Positions 32,267 to 42,402 of a stretch of 64,000 bases of DNA are shown here, one piece after another. Position 1 is the stretch's first letter. Every line of letters starts with the position of its first letter. Source of the stretch: Bacteroidota bacterium (GTDB taxonomy: Bacteria; Bacteroidota; Bacteroidia; Bacteroidales; PUMT01); the NCBI GenBank assembly GCA_003554865.1, contig PWHJ01000089.1, forward strand, positions 12,450-76,449, given 5' to 3'. The notes below the pieces were generated by a model. That model saw only the letters and a program-made list of their open reading frames with translations. It searched no databases and was not told where the DNA came from. The position numbers and the translations under genes are program-made.

Positions 32267-33043
32267 ATGAGACATAGAAAAAAATTGAATCACCTGGGAA
32301 GGACAAGTTCCCACAGAAAAGCGATGCTTGCAAACATGGCCTCATCGCTTATCCTGCATAAGCGTATAACCACTACAACAGCAAAAGCCAAGGCATTGCG
32401 TGTTTTTGTTGAGCCTATCATTACAAGGGCAAAATCAGATTCCACCCATTCAAGAAGACTTGCATTCAAATATTTGAAAAACAAATACGCCGTATCTGAA
32501 CTTTTCAGAGAAGTAGCTACAAAGATTGCTGACCGCGCGGGAGGTTATACACGCATTCTGAAAACCGGGAACCGTTTGGGCGATAATGCTGATATGTCTA
32601 TTATCGAACTTGTAGACTATAATGAAAATATGCTGGCTGCTGCTGAAGAGACAAAGAAAAAGGCCAAACGTACAAGAAGAAGGGGAGGAAAGAAGAAGTC
32701 GGCTGCCGAAACCGCCCAGACTGAGACAACACAAACTGCGGAACCTGTAGAAAGCGATCAAAATGAAACTGAAGAAGCAGCTGTAACCGATCAGAAAAAA
32801 ACTGAAGAGACGGTTGAAACCGATCAGCAACAGGAATCTGCCGATGTTAAGGAAGATACCGCTGAACAGGAGGAATCGGTTGAGACTAAGGATGAATCTG
32901 ATAAGCAGGAGGGCTCTGCAGGTGATGATCAGGAAAAAGAATCCCGGAAAGGCTCTGGCAAGGGAGAAGATATTTCCCAAACCAAATCGGAAGATAAGGA
33001 TAAAGGTGATGATGAAAAGGGTGAGGGTGAAAAAGAGAGCTGA
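32267..33043 (+). CDS. rplQ: 50S ribosomal protein L17 with a roughly 130-aa acidic low-complexity C-terminal tail
   Basis: [21 protein letters not shown]...GGYTRILK is the L17 core. A Glu/Asp/Lys/Thr-rich tail follows, running to residue 258. Confidence 0.95.
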   Translation: MRHRKKLNHLGRTSSHRKAMLANMASSLILHKRITTTTAKAKALRVFVEPIITRAKSDSTHSRRLAFKYLKNKYAVSELFREVATKIADRAGGYTRILKTGNRLGDNADMSIIELVDYNENMLAAAEETKKKAKRTRRRGGKKKSAAETAQTETTQTAEPVESDQNETEEAAVTDQKKTEETVETDQQQESADVKEDTAEQEESVETKDESDKQEGSAGDDQEKESRKGSGKGEDISQTKSEDKDKGDDEKGEGEKES

Positions 33044-33061
33044 TAAGCCAATTATCTTTGA

Positions 33062-34360
<1,299 letters not shown>

Positions 34361-34423
34361 TTCTCTGAAGACTTACAAAAAGGCATAATGCGCGGGATCC
34401 AGGGGTGAAGTTATATCGATTAT

Positions 34424-34449
34424 AACCGGCATGAAAAGCCGGTTTTTTT
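34424..34449 (+). terminator. Rho-independent terminator after eno
   Basis: AACCGGC-ATGAAAA-GCCGGTT followed by a T-run. Confidence 0.8.
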
Positions 34450-34645
34450 ATGGTGTGCCGTGCATGATTGCTTAACTTGTTGGTGAAAATCCACTTCCCG
34501 TTTACCTTGCATGAGATATTGTACTGATCGTGAGAACAACAGTTACTTTCAGGGCTTTTATTTTATATAATCGTCTTCAGGTTATATTATGATTTGACAA
34601 AAATGTTAATTTAGCGATAATTATTTCCTGCAACGGTTATGTAAT

Positions 34646-35644
34646 ATGCTGCATTTATTTATGCCGCCCGGTATTTTGGTAATAATCTTATTCTGGCATT
34701 CACAGCCTGCATATATAATGTATGTGGTGCTTGTGGTGTTGCTTGTTTATTTTCTGTTTCTTTACCGTACACGCAATCTGCGAATTGCCAATCAAATTTT
34801 AAGGGAGAAGGAAGCTGCCTCAAAGGAGATCGCAAGGCAAAAGGAAGAGCTGTCACTTAAAAACAAGAACATTACAGACAGCATTAATTATGCAAAGCGA
34901 ATACAAATGGCAATTATGCCAAGTCACAAAAATTTTTCCAGACTTTTCCCCGAATCGTTCATTTATTATAAGCCGAAAGATATCGTAAGCGGTGATTTTT
35001 ACTGGATAAATGAAAAGAATGGCAAGATATTTATTGCTGTTGCAGATTGCACCGGGCATGGTGTCCCGGGAGCATTTATGTCAATAATTGGTTTTGAGCT
35101 TATTAGAAATATAATTTTTACAAGGAAGCTGGAAAAGCCGGCTTCCATACTTGATCAGCTAAATTATGACTTTACTGCTATATTTCATGACAACAATGAT
35201 TCTGAAAATAATATGACCTTCAGGGACGGGATGGATATAGGGTTTTGTGTCATTGACAAGGAAAATGCTGTAATAGAGTATGCAGGAGCTTTTTTGCCCC
35301 TGTATCTGATCAGGAACAGTACAATAACCGAATTTAAAGGTGACCGTTCGTCTATCGGCTTGATCTATGAAAAAGAAAAAGAATCCTTTACCAATCACCG
35401 CATGAATCTTCAAAAAAACGATGTTGTTTATCTTTTTTCAGACGGCTACGCTGATCAGTTTGGTGGTGAAAAAGGGAAAAAATTCAAATACCGCAGATTC
35501 AGATACCTGCTTCTCAATATTAACACCCTGCCCATGCAAAAGCAGAAGGAATTGGTTGAGAATAGCATGAAACAATGGATGAAAGGGCACGAGCAGGTGG
35601 ATGATATTCTGATAATTGGGTTTAAACCCAATATTGGGGACTAA
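34646..35644 (+). CDS. Membrane-anchored PP2C-family (SpoIIE/RsbU-like) serine phosphatase
   Basis: N-terminal TM segments, then a coiled linker with YAKRIQMAIMPS. PP2C motifs present: SGDFYW, ADCTGHGVPGAFMS, FSDGYADQFG, VDDILIIGF. Confidence 0.85.
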   Translation: MLHLFMPPGILVIILFWHSQPAYIMYVVLVVLLVYFLFLYRTRNLRIANQILREKEAASKEIARQKEELSLKNKNITDSINYAKRIQMAIMPSHKNFSRLFPESFIYYKPKDIVSGDFYWINEKNGKIFIAVADCTGHGVPGAFMSIIGFELIRNIIFTRKLEKPASILDQLNYDFTAIFHDNNDSENNMTFRDGMDIGFCVIDKENAVIEYAGAFLPLYLIRNSTITEFKGDRSSIGLIYEKEKESFTNHRMNLQKNDVVYLFSDGYADQFGGEKGKKFKYRRFRYLLLNINTLPMQKQKELVENSMKQWMKGHEQVDDILIIGFKPNIGD

Positions 35645-35660
35645 AATTTGTGAAAAACCC

Positions 35661-37403
35661 TCAGCAACGCTCAAGAAGCTTTTTCATTTTAAGCAGCAAC
35701 TCATCGGCGTTGAAAGGTTTGCTTATATAGTCATCCATCCCTGCTGCAAGACAGGTTTCCCTGTCTCCGTGCAAAGCATTTGCAGTAATCGCAATTACAG
35801 GTGTGTGTGCATTTATGGAGGACTCAACCTCCCTGATTTTTTTTGTGGCTACAATACCGTCCATAATAGGCATTTGAATATCCATCAAAATTATGTCATA
35901 TTTCGATTTTCCGAACATCTCAAGTGCCTCTTTACCGTTATTTGCAAGGTCTACCTTACCTACCGCTTTTTTTAAGCTAAGCATAAGGATTTTCTGATTG
36001 ATGGAATTGTCTTCGACCAGCAAAATGCTCGCCTCATCGAGTTTGATGTCACTTGCCGGGGCCGGGCTTTTATCCGTTTTAACACTTTCAGTTGAAGGAG
36101 TCTTCTTTTCACGAAAGGATTTGCTGAATGGAAGAGAAAATTCAAATACCAGATTCTTTTCTGGTGTAAAAGACAATTCCAGATTTCCCCCGCTTTGTGT
36201 TATCAATTTATGTGCTATTGCTAATTCACTTATGTTGGTAAAGGCTGAAAAATCGGATGCCGGGAATGCTCTTCTGGGTTCGTTTATATCTGTTATACCA
36301 AAAGGTAATGAAACGGGCTTGTCAGTTGAAATATGGAATTTAGCATCTGCATATTCCTGGTTTTCATAAGTGGTTTCAACTTCAATCCCTAAAGTCAGTT
36401 TTTCAGCCCCTTTATTTTTGATAATTGTCTCTATCAGATTGAGCAATATCTGCCTTAGTTTAACCGGCTCACCAATTAGTTGGGTATTCTTCATATGCTT
36501 GGTAATGGCAAAGTTGAATTCAATATTGGCATGAACCTGGGAAGCAAAAAGCTTTATAGTGTTGTTTACGGTTGAAAAGAGGTTGAAACCGACTTTTTCT
36601 TCCTTCTCTTTGCCTTTTACCGATGATTCTGCAATGTCTTCAACAGCATTCAGAAGATTTTGGGCAGATGCCACTATGGTTTCCATTAAATCCTTTTGTT
36701 CGGATGTTAAATTGGATTCATTGGCCATATTGCCAATAAGCATTATATTATTCAAAGGAGTTCTGATCTGGTGAGAAAGCCGGGAAATAAAGTTTTCTTT
36801 TTCTTTTACTTCGTTTTTTGATTCAATCAGTTGCATTTCCAGCTGACGTAAATTGCTGATGCGGAAGTTTTCAAGGGTGCAGGAAACAAGAATAAGGCCT
36901 GTATACGCACCTGAAAAACGGGCAAGAAAAAGAAAGCTGTAATCATTTGTATTAAAAAATGTATAAGGCATTGAGAGTAATGCGACGGATGCGACCAGAA
37001 CAAAAACCGACAGTAAGCTGCCATATTTTGCACCCCATATGCTTGATGATACTGCAGGTATTATCAGAAGCCAAAATAGTGCTGAGTCTTCATTTGTTTC
37101 AAATAAGATTACATATAATATAAGGGCAACTATAAGGACCGTATTTAGTATGGCCAGGATCAGAAACCGGCGAGTTTTGTAAATAAAATAAAAACCTGAT
37201 GCAATAATAAAAGCGGCAGTTAAAGTTGCACTTCCCCGGAGTGAATCCCCAAGGTAAAAAGCAATTGCTGAGAATGCAACAAGCATTAATACTGCTGAAA
37301 AACTGAGAACATTTATGAAAATTATCCGGTTAAGGATAATTTCCTCGCATTTGCCTTTTAAGCCAAGCGAAAAAAATTTATTGAGCTTTTCAAAAAACTT
37401 CAT
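35661..37403 (-). CDS. Hybrid sensor histidine kinase/response regulator with a degenerate HATPase domain
   Basis: A multi-TM N-terminus, an intact H-box FISRLSHQIRTPLNN, and an intact receiver (LVEDN, LMDIQMP, AITA, SKP). The N, G1 and G2 boxes are not recognisable. I prefer the ATG at 37403 to the TTG at 37481. Confidence 0.85.
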   Translation of the reverse strand: MKFFEKLNKFFSLGLKGKCEEIILNRIIFINVLSFSAVLMLVAFSAIAFYLGDSLRGSATLTAAFIIASGFYFIYKTRRFLILAILNTVLIVALILYVILFETNEDSALFWLLIIPAVSSSIWGAKYGSLLSVFVLVASVALLSMPYTFFNTNDYSFLFLARFSGAYTGLILVSCTLENFRISNLRQLEMQLIESKNEVKEKENFISRLSHQIRTPLNNIMLIGNMANESNLTSEQKDLMETIVASAQNLLNAVEDIAESSVKGKEKEEKVGFNLFSTVNNTIKLFASQVHANIEFNFAITKHMKNTQLIGEPVKLRQILLNLIETIIKNKGAEKLTLGIEVETTYENQEYADAKFHISTDKPVSLPFGITDINEPRRAFPASDFSAFTNISELAIAHKLITQSGGNLELSFTPEKNLVFEFSLPFSKSFREKKTPSTESVKTDKSPAPASDIKLDEASILLVEDNSINQKILMLSLKKAVGKVDLANNGKEALEMFGKSKYDIILMDIQMPIMDGIVATKKIREVESSINAHTPVIAITANALHGDRETCLAAGMDDYISKPFNADELLLKMKKLLERC

Positions 37404-37568
37404 GAGCGTTTGATTGTGCTGTTTTAATCCAATTCTCAAAATTATCAAATAATAAATTATAAAATGAGTGTTTGATATCAAATGTGAAAATTTTCTCTCT
37501 TTTTTTCATTGTCAAGTTGACTATTGGTTAATATTGGCCCAGGAGGTATAAAAGAAAGTGTAAATTAT

Positions 37569-37576
37569 TACCTTTG
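37569..37576 (+). promoter_or_regulatory. Candidate -7 box TACCTTTG for hisS
   Basis: Matches TAnnTTTG, 58 nt upstream of the hisS ATG. Confidence 0.45.
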
Positions 37577-37633
37577 TCCTGCTTGTGTGCGAATTAATAA
37601 TATATTTGAGTCCGTTTCAAAAATTGAATTTTT

Positions 37634-38995
37634 ATGTTAAATAAACCTTCAATACCAAAAGGTACAAGAGATTTTTTACCTGCTGAAATGGCCGGCAGGA
37701 ATTATATTTTTCAAACAATAACAAACGTTTTTTCACTATATGGCTATACACCAATTGAAACACCGGCCATGGAGAACCTTTCCACATTGCTTGGAAAGTA
37801 CGGGGAAGAAGGCGATAAATTGTTGTTTAAAATTCTAAACTCCGGTGATTTTTTGTCGAAGGTTCCTTCCGGGGAATATTTCCGTGATTCCAACAAGTTG
37901 TCCTTCAAGATTTGTGAAAAGGGTTTGAGGTACGACCTTACCGTACCTTTCGCACGCTTTGTTGCACAACATAAAAACAGCCTTACCTTCCCCTTCAAAC
38001 GATATCAGATACAGCCGGTTTGGAGGGCAGACAGACCTCAAAAGGGTCGTTACCGGGAATTTTTCCAGTGCGATGTTGATGTTATAGGCAGCAATTCATT
38101 GTTCAACGAAATTGAACTGGGGCAGATAATTGATGATGTTTTCACAGGTCTTAATGTAAGTTGTGATGTTAAGATAAACAATCGAAAGATACTTGCCGGT
38201 ATAGTGGATCTTGTCGGGGAATCCGGGAAATTTAACCAGATTATGACAGCTATTGATAAAATGGAGAAAGCCGGCAGGGAAAATGTGATTATGGAATTAA
38301 GGGATAAAGGTCTTTCATCCGAATCAATTGAAAAAATAATGTCTTTTATTGGGATCACCGGGAGCAATAAACAAAAGTTGAACTCATTGATATCAATGCT
38401 TCAGGAATCGGAGGCAGGTGTAAAAGGAGCTGAGGAGGTGGAGTTTCTCTTTAATAATCTGGAAAAACTTGATTTGCAAAATGATTTTACATTTGATGTT
38501 GCACTTGCCAGAGGGCTGGATTATTATACAGGCACCATTTTCGAAGTAAAGGCAAAGGATGCTGAAATTGGCAGCATATGTGGTGGCGGTCGATATGACA
38601 ATTTAACTGAAATGTTTGGATTGCCCGATGTTTCAGGTGTTGGTGTTTCTTTCGGTGCCGATCGCATATACGATGTAATGATTCAGCTTAACGCTTTTCC
38701 CCGGGAGCTTCTCACTACAACGAAATTAATGTTTACCAACTTCGGCGAAAAGGAAGCGGCTTTTTCCTTGTCTGTTCTCGAAAAGGTTAGAAAAGCGGGT
38801 GTTTCTGCTGAATTGTACCCTGAAACGGTTAAGATGAAAAAACAACTTTCCTATGCTCACAGACGGCATATCCCTTTTGTTGCCCTGGTAGGTGAAACGG
38901 AACTGAAAGAACAGCTTGTTACTCTGAAAAATATGGAAACCGGAACTCAGGAAAAAATTAGTCCCGCCAAATTGATAGAAAAACTCACAAGCTAA
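37634..38995 (+). CDS. hisS: Histidine--tRNA ligase
   Basis: PKGTRDFLP, class II motif 2 ([14 protein letters not shown]-like [19 protein letters not shown]), and motif 3 GGGRYDNL. Confidence 0.97.
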   Translation: MLNKPSIPKGTRDFLPAEMAGRNYIFQTITNVFSLYGYTPIETPAMENLSTLLGKYGEEGDKLLFKILNSGDFLSKVPSGEYFRDSNKLSFKICEKGLRYDLTVPFARFVAQHKNSLTFPFKRYQIQPVWRADRPQKGRYREFFQCDVDVIGSNSLFNEIELGQIIDDVFTGLNVSCDVKINNRKILAGIVDLVGESGKFNQIMTAIDKMEKAGRENVIMELRDKGLSSESIEKIMSFIGITGSNKQKLNSLISMLQESEAGVKGAEEVEFLFNNLEKLDLQNDFTFDVALARGLDYYTGTIFEVKAKDAEIGSICGGGRYDNLTEMFGLPDVSGVGVSFGADRIYDVMIQLNAFPRELLTTTKLMFTNFGEKEAAFSLSVLEKVRKAGVSAELYPETVKMKKQLSYAHRRHIPFVALVGETELKEQLVTLKNMETGTQEKISPAKLIEKLTS

Positions 38996-39020
38996 AACCG
39001 ACGTTTTTATAAATAAGTCT

Positions 39021-40523
39021 ATGGGGAAATTACATTATGTGTCAGCTCAGGAGTTAACTTTTCAGCGTATTGAAGAGTTGCTCAACGAAGATCTTGAATT
39101 AGCTCTTTCCGATGATGCGAGGACCAGGATACACGAATGCAGGAAGTTTCTCGATGACTGGCTTGCCGGCTCTGATGAGCCGGTATACGGCATAAATACC
39201 GGATTCGGATCATTGTGCGATCGTTCTGTGCCCAAAAATGACATAGAAACTCTTCAGCAAAACCTTGTTATGTCGCATGCATGTGGTGTTGGTGAGGAGG
39301 TTCCCGTTGAAATTGTCAGACTGATGCTTTTTTTGAAAATCCAATCTCTTTCTTATGGATACTCGGGCGCTCAACTGGCTACTGTTGAGAGACTTGTAGA
39401 ATTTTACAATAATGGAATTTATCCTGTAGTTTACAGGTTTGGTTCATTGGGTGCATCGGGTGATCTTGCTCCTCTCGCTCACTTGAGTCTTCCGCTTATG
39501 GGACTGGGGGAGGTCAATTATAGAGGAGTTAAAATGCCGGCAGGAGAAGTTTTAAATAAGTTCGGATGGTCGCCTGTGCGTCTCAGGGCAAAGGAAGGAC
39601 TGGCACTTTTGAACGGCACACAATTTATGAATGCTTATGGGTTGCATTGCTGCCTGAAAGCCATAAGGCTTTCCAGGATGGCTGATCTTATTTCCGCCAT
39701 ATCAATTGATGCATTTGACGGACGGGGTGAACCTTTTCATGAGTTCATCGGCGAAATCAGACCTCACAAAGGTCAGATAGAAACGGCCGCCAGATTGCGT
39801 TCTTTGTTGCAGAATAGTGAAATAATGAAAAGGAGAAAGGATCATGTTCAGGATCCTTATTCTTTCAGGTGTATTCCTCAGGTTCACGGTGCTTCGAAGG
39901 ATACTGTAGACTATGTTTGCAGTGTGATTAAAAAAGAGATTAATTCGGTTACAGATAATCCTGTTATTTTACCCCGAGAGGGAAGAATTCTTTCCGCCGG
40001 CAATTTTCATGGTCAACCCCTGGCACTTGCACTGGATTTTCTTAGTATAGCTCTTGCCGAACTTGGGAGCATTTCTGAGCGCCGGATATATCAATTACTA
40101 TCAGGCAAGAGAGGATTGCCTTCATATCTTGTGGCCAATCCCGGCCTTAATTCCGGTTTTATGATACCTCATTATACAGCCGCTTCGATGGTAAGCCATA
40201 ACAAGCAGTTATGCACTCCGGCGTCTGTTGACTCCATAGACTCTTCACAGGGACAGGAAGATCATGTCAGTATGGGAGCTAATGCAGCGGTCAAGGCTGG
40301 TGAATTGGCAGTAAATGTTGAGTATATACTAGCAATTGAGTTGTTTACTGCAGCACAGGCGCTTGATTTCAGGCGTCCTTTAAAAACATCTCACTTTTTG
40401 GAGAATTTTATGGAAAAGTACCGGAAAAAAGTGGGATTCATCTCCGATGACCGTCCGATGTATACTGAAATGAACGCATCACTTGAATTCCTGAGGAATG
40501 TTGACGACAGGGCTTTTGAGTAA
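39021..40523 (+). CDS. hutH: Histidine ammonia-lyase
   Basis: MIO-forming GSLGASGDLAPLAH. YGINTGFG, NGTQ, QDPYSFRC and QEDHVSM are present. The LVMSHACG Ser-His pair favours His over Tyr/Phe specificity. Confidence 0.93.
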   Translation: MGKLHYVSAQELTFQRIEELLNEDLELALSDDARTRIHECRKFLDDWLAGSDEPVYGINTGFGSLCDRSVPKNDIETLQQNLVMSHACGVGEEVPVEIVRLMLFLKIQSLSYGYSGAQLATVERLVEFYNNGIYPVVYRFGSLGASGDLAPLAHLSLPLMGLGEVNYRGVKMPAGEVLNKFGWSPVRLRAKEGLALLNGTQFMNAYGLHCCLKAIRLSRMADLISAISIDAFDGRGEPFHEFIGEIRPHKGQIETAARLRSLLQNSEIMKRRKDHVQDPYSFRCIPQVHGASKDTVDYVCSVIKKEINSVTDNPVILPREGRILSAGNFHGQPLALALDFLSIALAELGSISERRIYQLLSGKRGLPSYLVANPGLNSGFMIPHYTAASMVSHNKQLCTPASVDSIDSSQGQEDHVSMGANAAVKAGELAVNVEYILAIELFTAAQALDFRRPLKTSHFLENFMEKYRKKVGFISDDRPMYTEMNASLEFLRNVDDRAFE

Positions 40524-40525
40524 CA

Positions 40526-40987
40526 TCAGTCAGGCGATCCCCTTCTGTCTGAATCCCTTCGAAGGCGCCGGAGCAATCTCCCGCGGAACTCATCTTCGGC
40601 AAGGTATAGCAGCATAACTCTTTCGGCCGAGATAATATCTTTCAGCTTTTCATGGTACTCCATGCCCAGCTGAGCGTCTTTCATTCTCAGCTCAACCAGA
40701 CTGTCTACCATTTCGGTTATTTCTGAGGAGGACAACTCCTCTCTTTTTTCATTAAAACGCGAAATAATATCTCTTCGCTCCAGAAGCAGGTTATTTCTTT
40801 TTTTGTCAAACTCATTGTAAACCGGCCAGAATTTTTCGGCCTCTTCGGAGGTAAGATCCAGCTTTGAGGTTATAAAAGAAACCCTTTCGGCTTGTATTTT
40901 CTCCAAGTGATGATGACGCTGTGAATTTGCCGTAAGCGAAAAACTCAGGGCAATTATAAGCATCAGGGATATATGTAAGAGTTTCAT
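40526..40987 (-). CDS. Periplasmic Spy/CpxP-like helical protein
   Basis: Signal peptide followed by a helical charged protein with LTSEEAEKFWPVYNEF. It is the third gene of the ECF sigma module. Confidence 0.6.
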   Translation of the reverse strand: MKLLHISLMLIIALSFSLTANSQRHHHLEKIQAERVSFITSKLDLTSEEAEKFWPVYNEFDKKRNNLLLERRDIISRFNEKREELSSSEITEMVDSLVELRMKDAQLGMEYHEKLKDIISAERVMLLYLAEDEFRGRLLRRLRRDSDRRGSPD

Positions 40988-41008
40988 AGTTTCAAATTTA
41001 GTTTTTTA

Positions 41009-41476
41009 CTAATAATATTCTGCAACAAGATAATATATTTCAATATCACTTTCTGCAGTTAAGTAATCAATATATGCTTCACTCTCTTCATCTTCCAGAT
41101 AAAAATCCTCAATAAGCTCCTCTTCGCCAAACTCGCTTAAAAGTAAAGTATAGCTGTAATTATAATAGTGCAAATCAATAAATTCAGCAATCTGATCTTG
41201 CGTGACTTCAGAGGGTTCAGGTGATGTTATAAACCTGAAGCCGTGATAGCCGAAAAAGGCAAAACCGGCAATAATTGCCACAAGTGCTAACCGGGGCTTC
41301 AACGTTTGCCATAAATGCTCAAGTTTTGAGGGCAATACAGCTTGCTTCTTCTCCTTTTCAGAAATACTACGGTGTATTCTTGAAGGCAGCTCTTCAAAAT
41401 AATTTGCCGGAGTGGTGAAAGGTTTTTCTTTCTTTATTTTTGAAAGCCTTGACCCTATTTTGGAAAAATCTTTCAT
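41009..41476 (-). CDS. Hypothetical single-pass membrane protein (possible anti-sigma role)
   Basis: 155 aa with a central TM (LALVAIIAGFAFFGY) and an acidic, Tyr-rich C-terminal half. It lies between the ECF sigma and the Spy-like gene. No zinc-binding anti-sigma motif. Confidence 0.5.
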   Translation of the reverse strand: MKDFSKIGSRLSKIKKEKPFTTPANYFEELPSRIHRSISEKEKKQAVLPSKLEHLWQTLKPRLALVAIIAGFAFFGYHGFRFITSPEPSEVTQDQIAEFIDLHYYNYSYTLLLSEFGEEELIEDFYLEDEESEAYIDYLTAESDIEIYYLVAEYY

Positions 41477-41655
41477 AATTGTCTTTTTACAGCCAGTTAA
41501 ATGTGCTGAAAACTCCTCTTAGATTACCCTTTTAATACTTTGGTTTTCTCTTAAACTATTAACGGTTACCAGGTTTGATAAATTTTTAGTTAAATATTTT
41601 GAATAATTTTTTTTATCTTTTTCATATAATTTAGACACAACTACTTTATTTAGGT

Positions 41656-42204
41656 TTAATTATCGGTCAGGTATTTTTCAATTTTTTTTACTGCATGATG
41701 ATATGAGGCTTTAAGCGAGCCTGTGGATGTGTTGAGGATTTCTGCCATATCCTCGTATTTCATCTCATCGAAATATTTCATGTTAAAAACCATGCGCTGC
41801 TTTTTAGGCAGGCTTAAAATGGCTTTCTGCAGTTTAAGCTGCAGTTCGTCACCATTGAAATATGGGTCACTTTCCAGTTCCCGGTTGAGCTGATTTTCAG
41901 TATCAAAAAACGGCAAAAAATTCTTTCTTTTTTTAGTCTTCAAAAAATTCAAAGCTTCATTTGTGGCAATCTTGTAGAGCCATGTAAAAAGGTGAGAATC
42001 CTCCCTGAACTTGTCCAGGCCCTTCCATACCTTAATAAAAATGTTTTGCAAAACATCATCTGTGTCATCATGATTTATTATGATTTTCCTTATGTGCCAA
42101 TAAAGCTTCTCCTGGTATTTTTTTATTATCAGGTCGAAAGCAAAATTACGGTGACTTTCGTTACGGAACAGTTTGAGAAGTTCTTTATCACTGTACTCCT
42201 GCAT
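41656..42204 (-). CDS. ECF-type RNA polymerase sigma-70 family factor
   Basis: 182 aa. Region 2 (DDTDDVLQNIFIKVWK) and region 4 HTH (MKYEDMAEILNTSTGSLKASYHHAVKKI). Confidence 0.9.
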   Translation of the reverse strand: MQEYSDKELLKLFRNESHRNFAFDLIIKKYQEKLYWHIRKIIINHDDTDDVLQNIFIKVWKGLDKFREDSHLFTWLYKIATNEALNFLKTKKRKNFLPFFDTENQLNRELESDPYFNGDELQLKLQKAILSLPKKQRMVFNMKYFDEMKYEDMAEILNTSTGSLKASYHHAVKKIEKYLTDN

Positions 42205-42283
42205 TCTTTATTTATTGTTGTTTTCCAAAAGGGTTGGAACTACGTTTAATAACTTTAGACGAGCACATTTGAGGATGATTTAA

Positions 42284-42291
42284 CAAAATTA
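42284..42291 (-). promoter_or_regulatory. Candidate -7 box TAATTTTG for the ECF sigma operon
   Basis: The plus strand reads CAAAATTA. It lies 80 nt upstream of the 42204 start. Confidence 0.4.
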
Positions 42292-42324
42292 ATGATAAAA
42301 ACTGATTTAATAAACTTTAACAAT

Positions 42325-42368
42325 ACCCCGTTCTTATATTATTTTGTCAGCCAAAGGCTGATGGGGTT
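42325..42368 (+). repeat. Nested-hairpin intergenic repeat, copy A (3' of tkt)
   Basis: ACCCCGTTCTTATATTATTTTGTCAGCCAAAGGCTGATGGGGTT. The outer stem is ACCCC/GGGGT and the inner hairpin is GCC-AAA-GGC. Confidence 0.6.
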
Positions 42369-42402
42369 CATCTGCGGGGATTTGAGGATTGCTGCATTAT
42401 TT

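Noticed and set aside
32450-32980. A 176-aa antisense ORF and an overlapping 90-aa + strand ORF across the L17 tail. Similar ORFs occur at 2645-3052 and 2790-2981 across the GrpE N-terminus.
   Set aside because: They are artefacts of purine-rich low-complexity coding sequence, which stays open in several frames. No independent start context or motif supports them.
35616-35975. A 119-aa + strand ORF bridging the PP2C gene end and the receiver domain of the convergent kinase.
   Set aside because: It is antisense to a well-conserved receiver domain, is Cys-rich with no motifs, and overlaps two supported genes.
37634-40523. hisS lies immediately upstream of hutH (25-nt gap). I considered this a possible histidine-sensing regulatory unit, or a mis-annotated Tyr/Phe ammonia-lyase or aminomutase.
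   Set aside because: The selectivity position reads Ser-His (LVMSHACG), as in true histidine ammonia-lyases. No T-box or attenuator structure is visible, and adjacency alone is weak evidence. The other hut genes are simply elsewhere.
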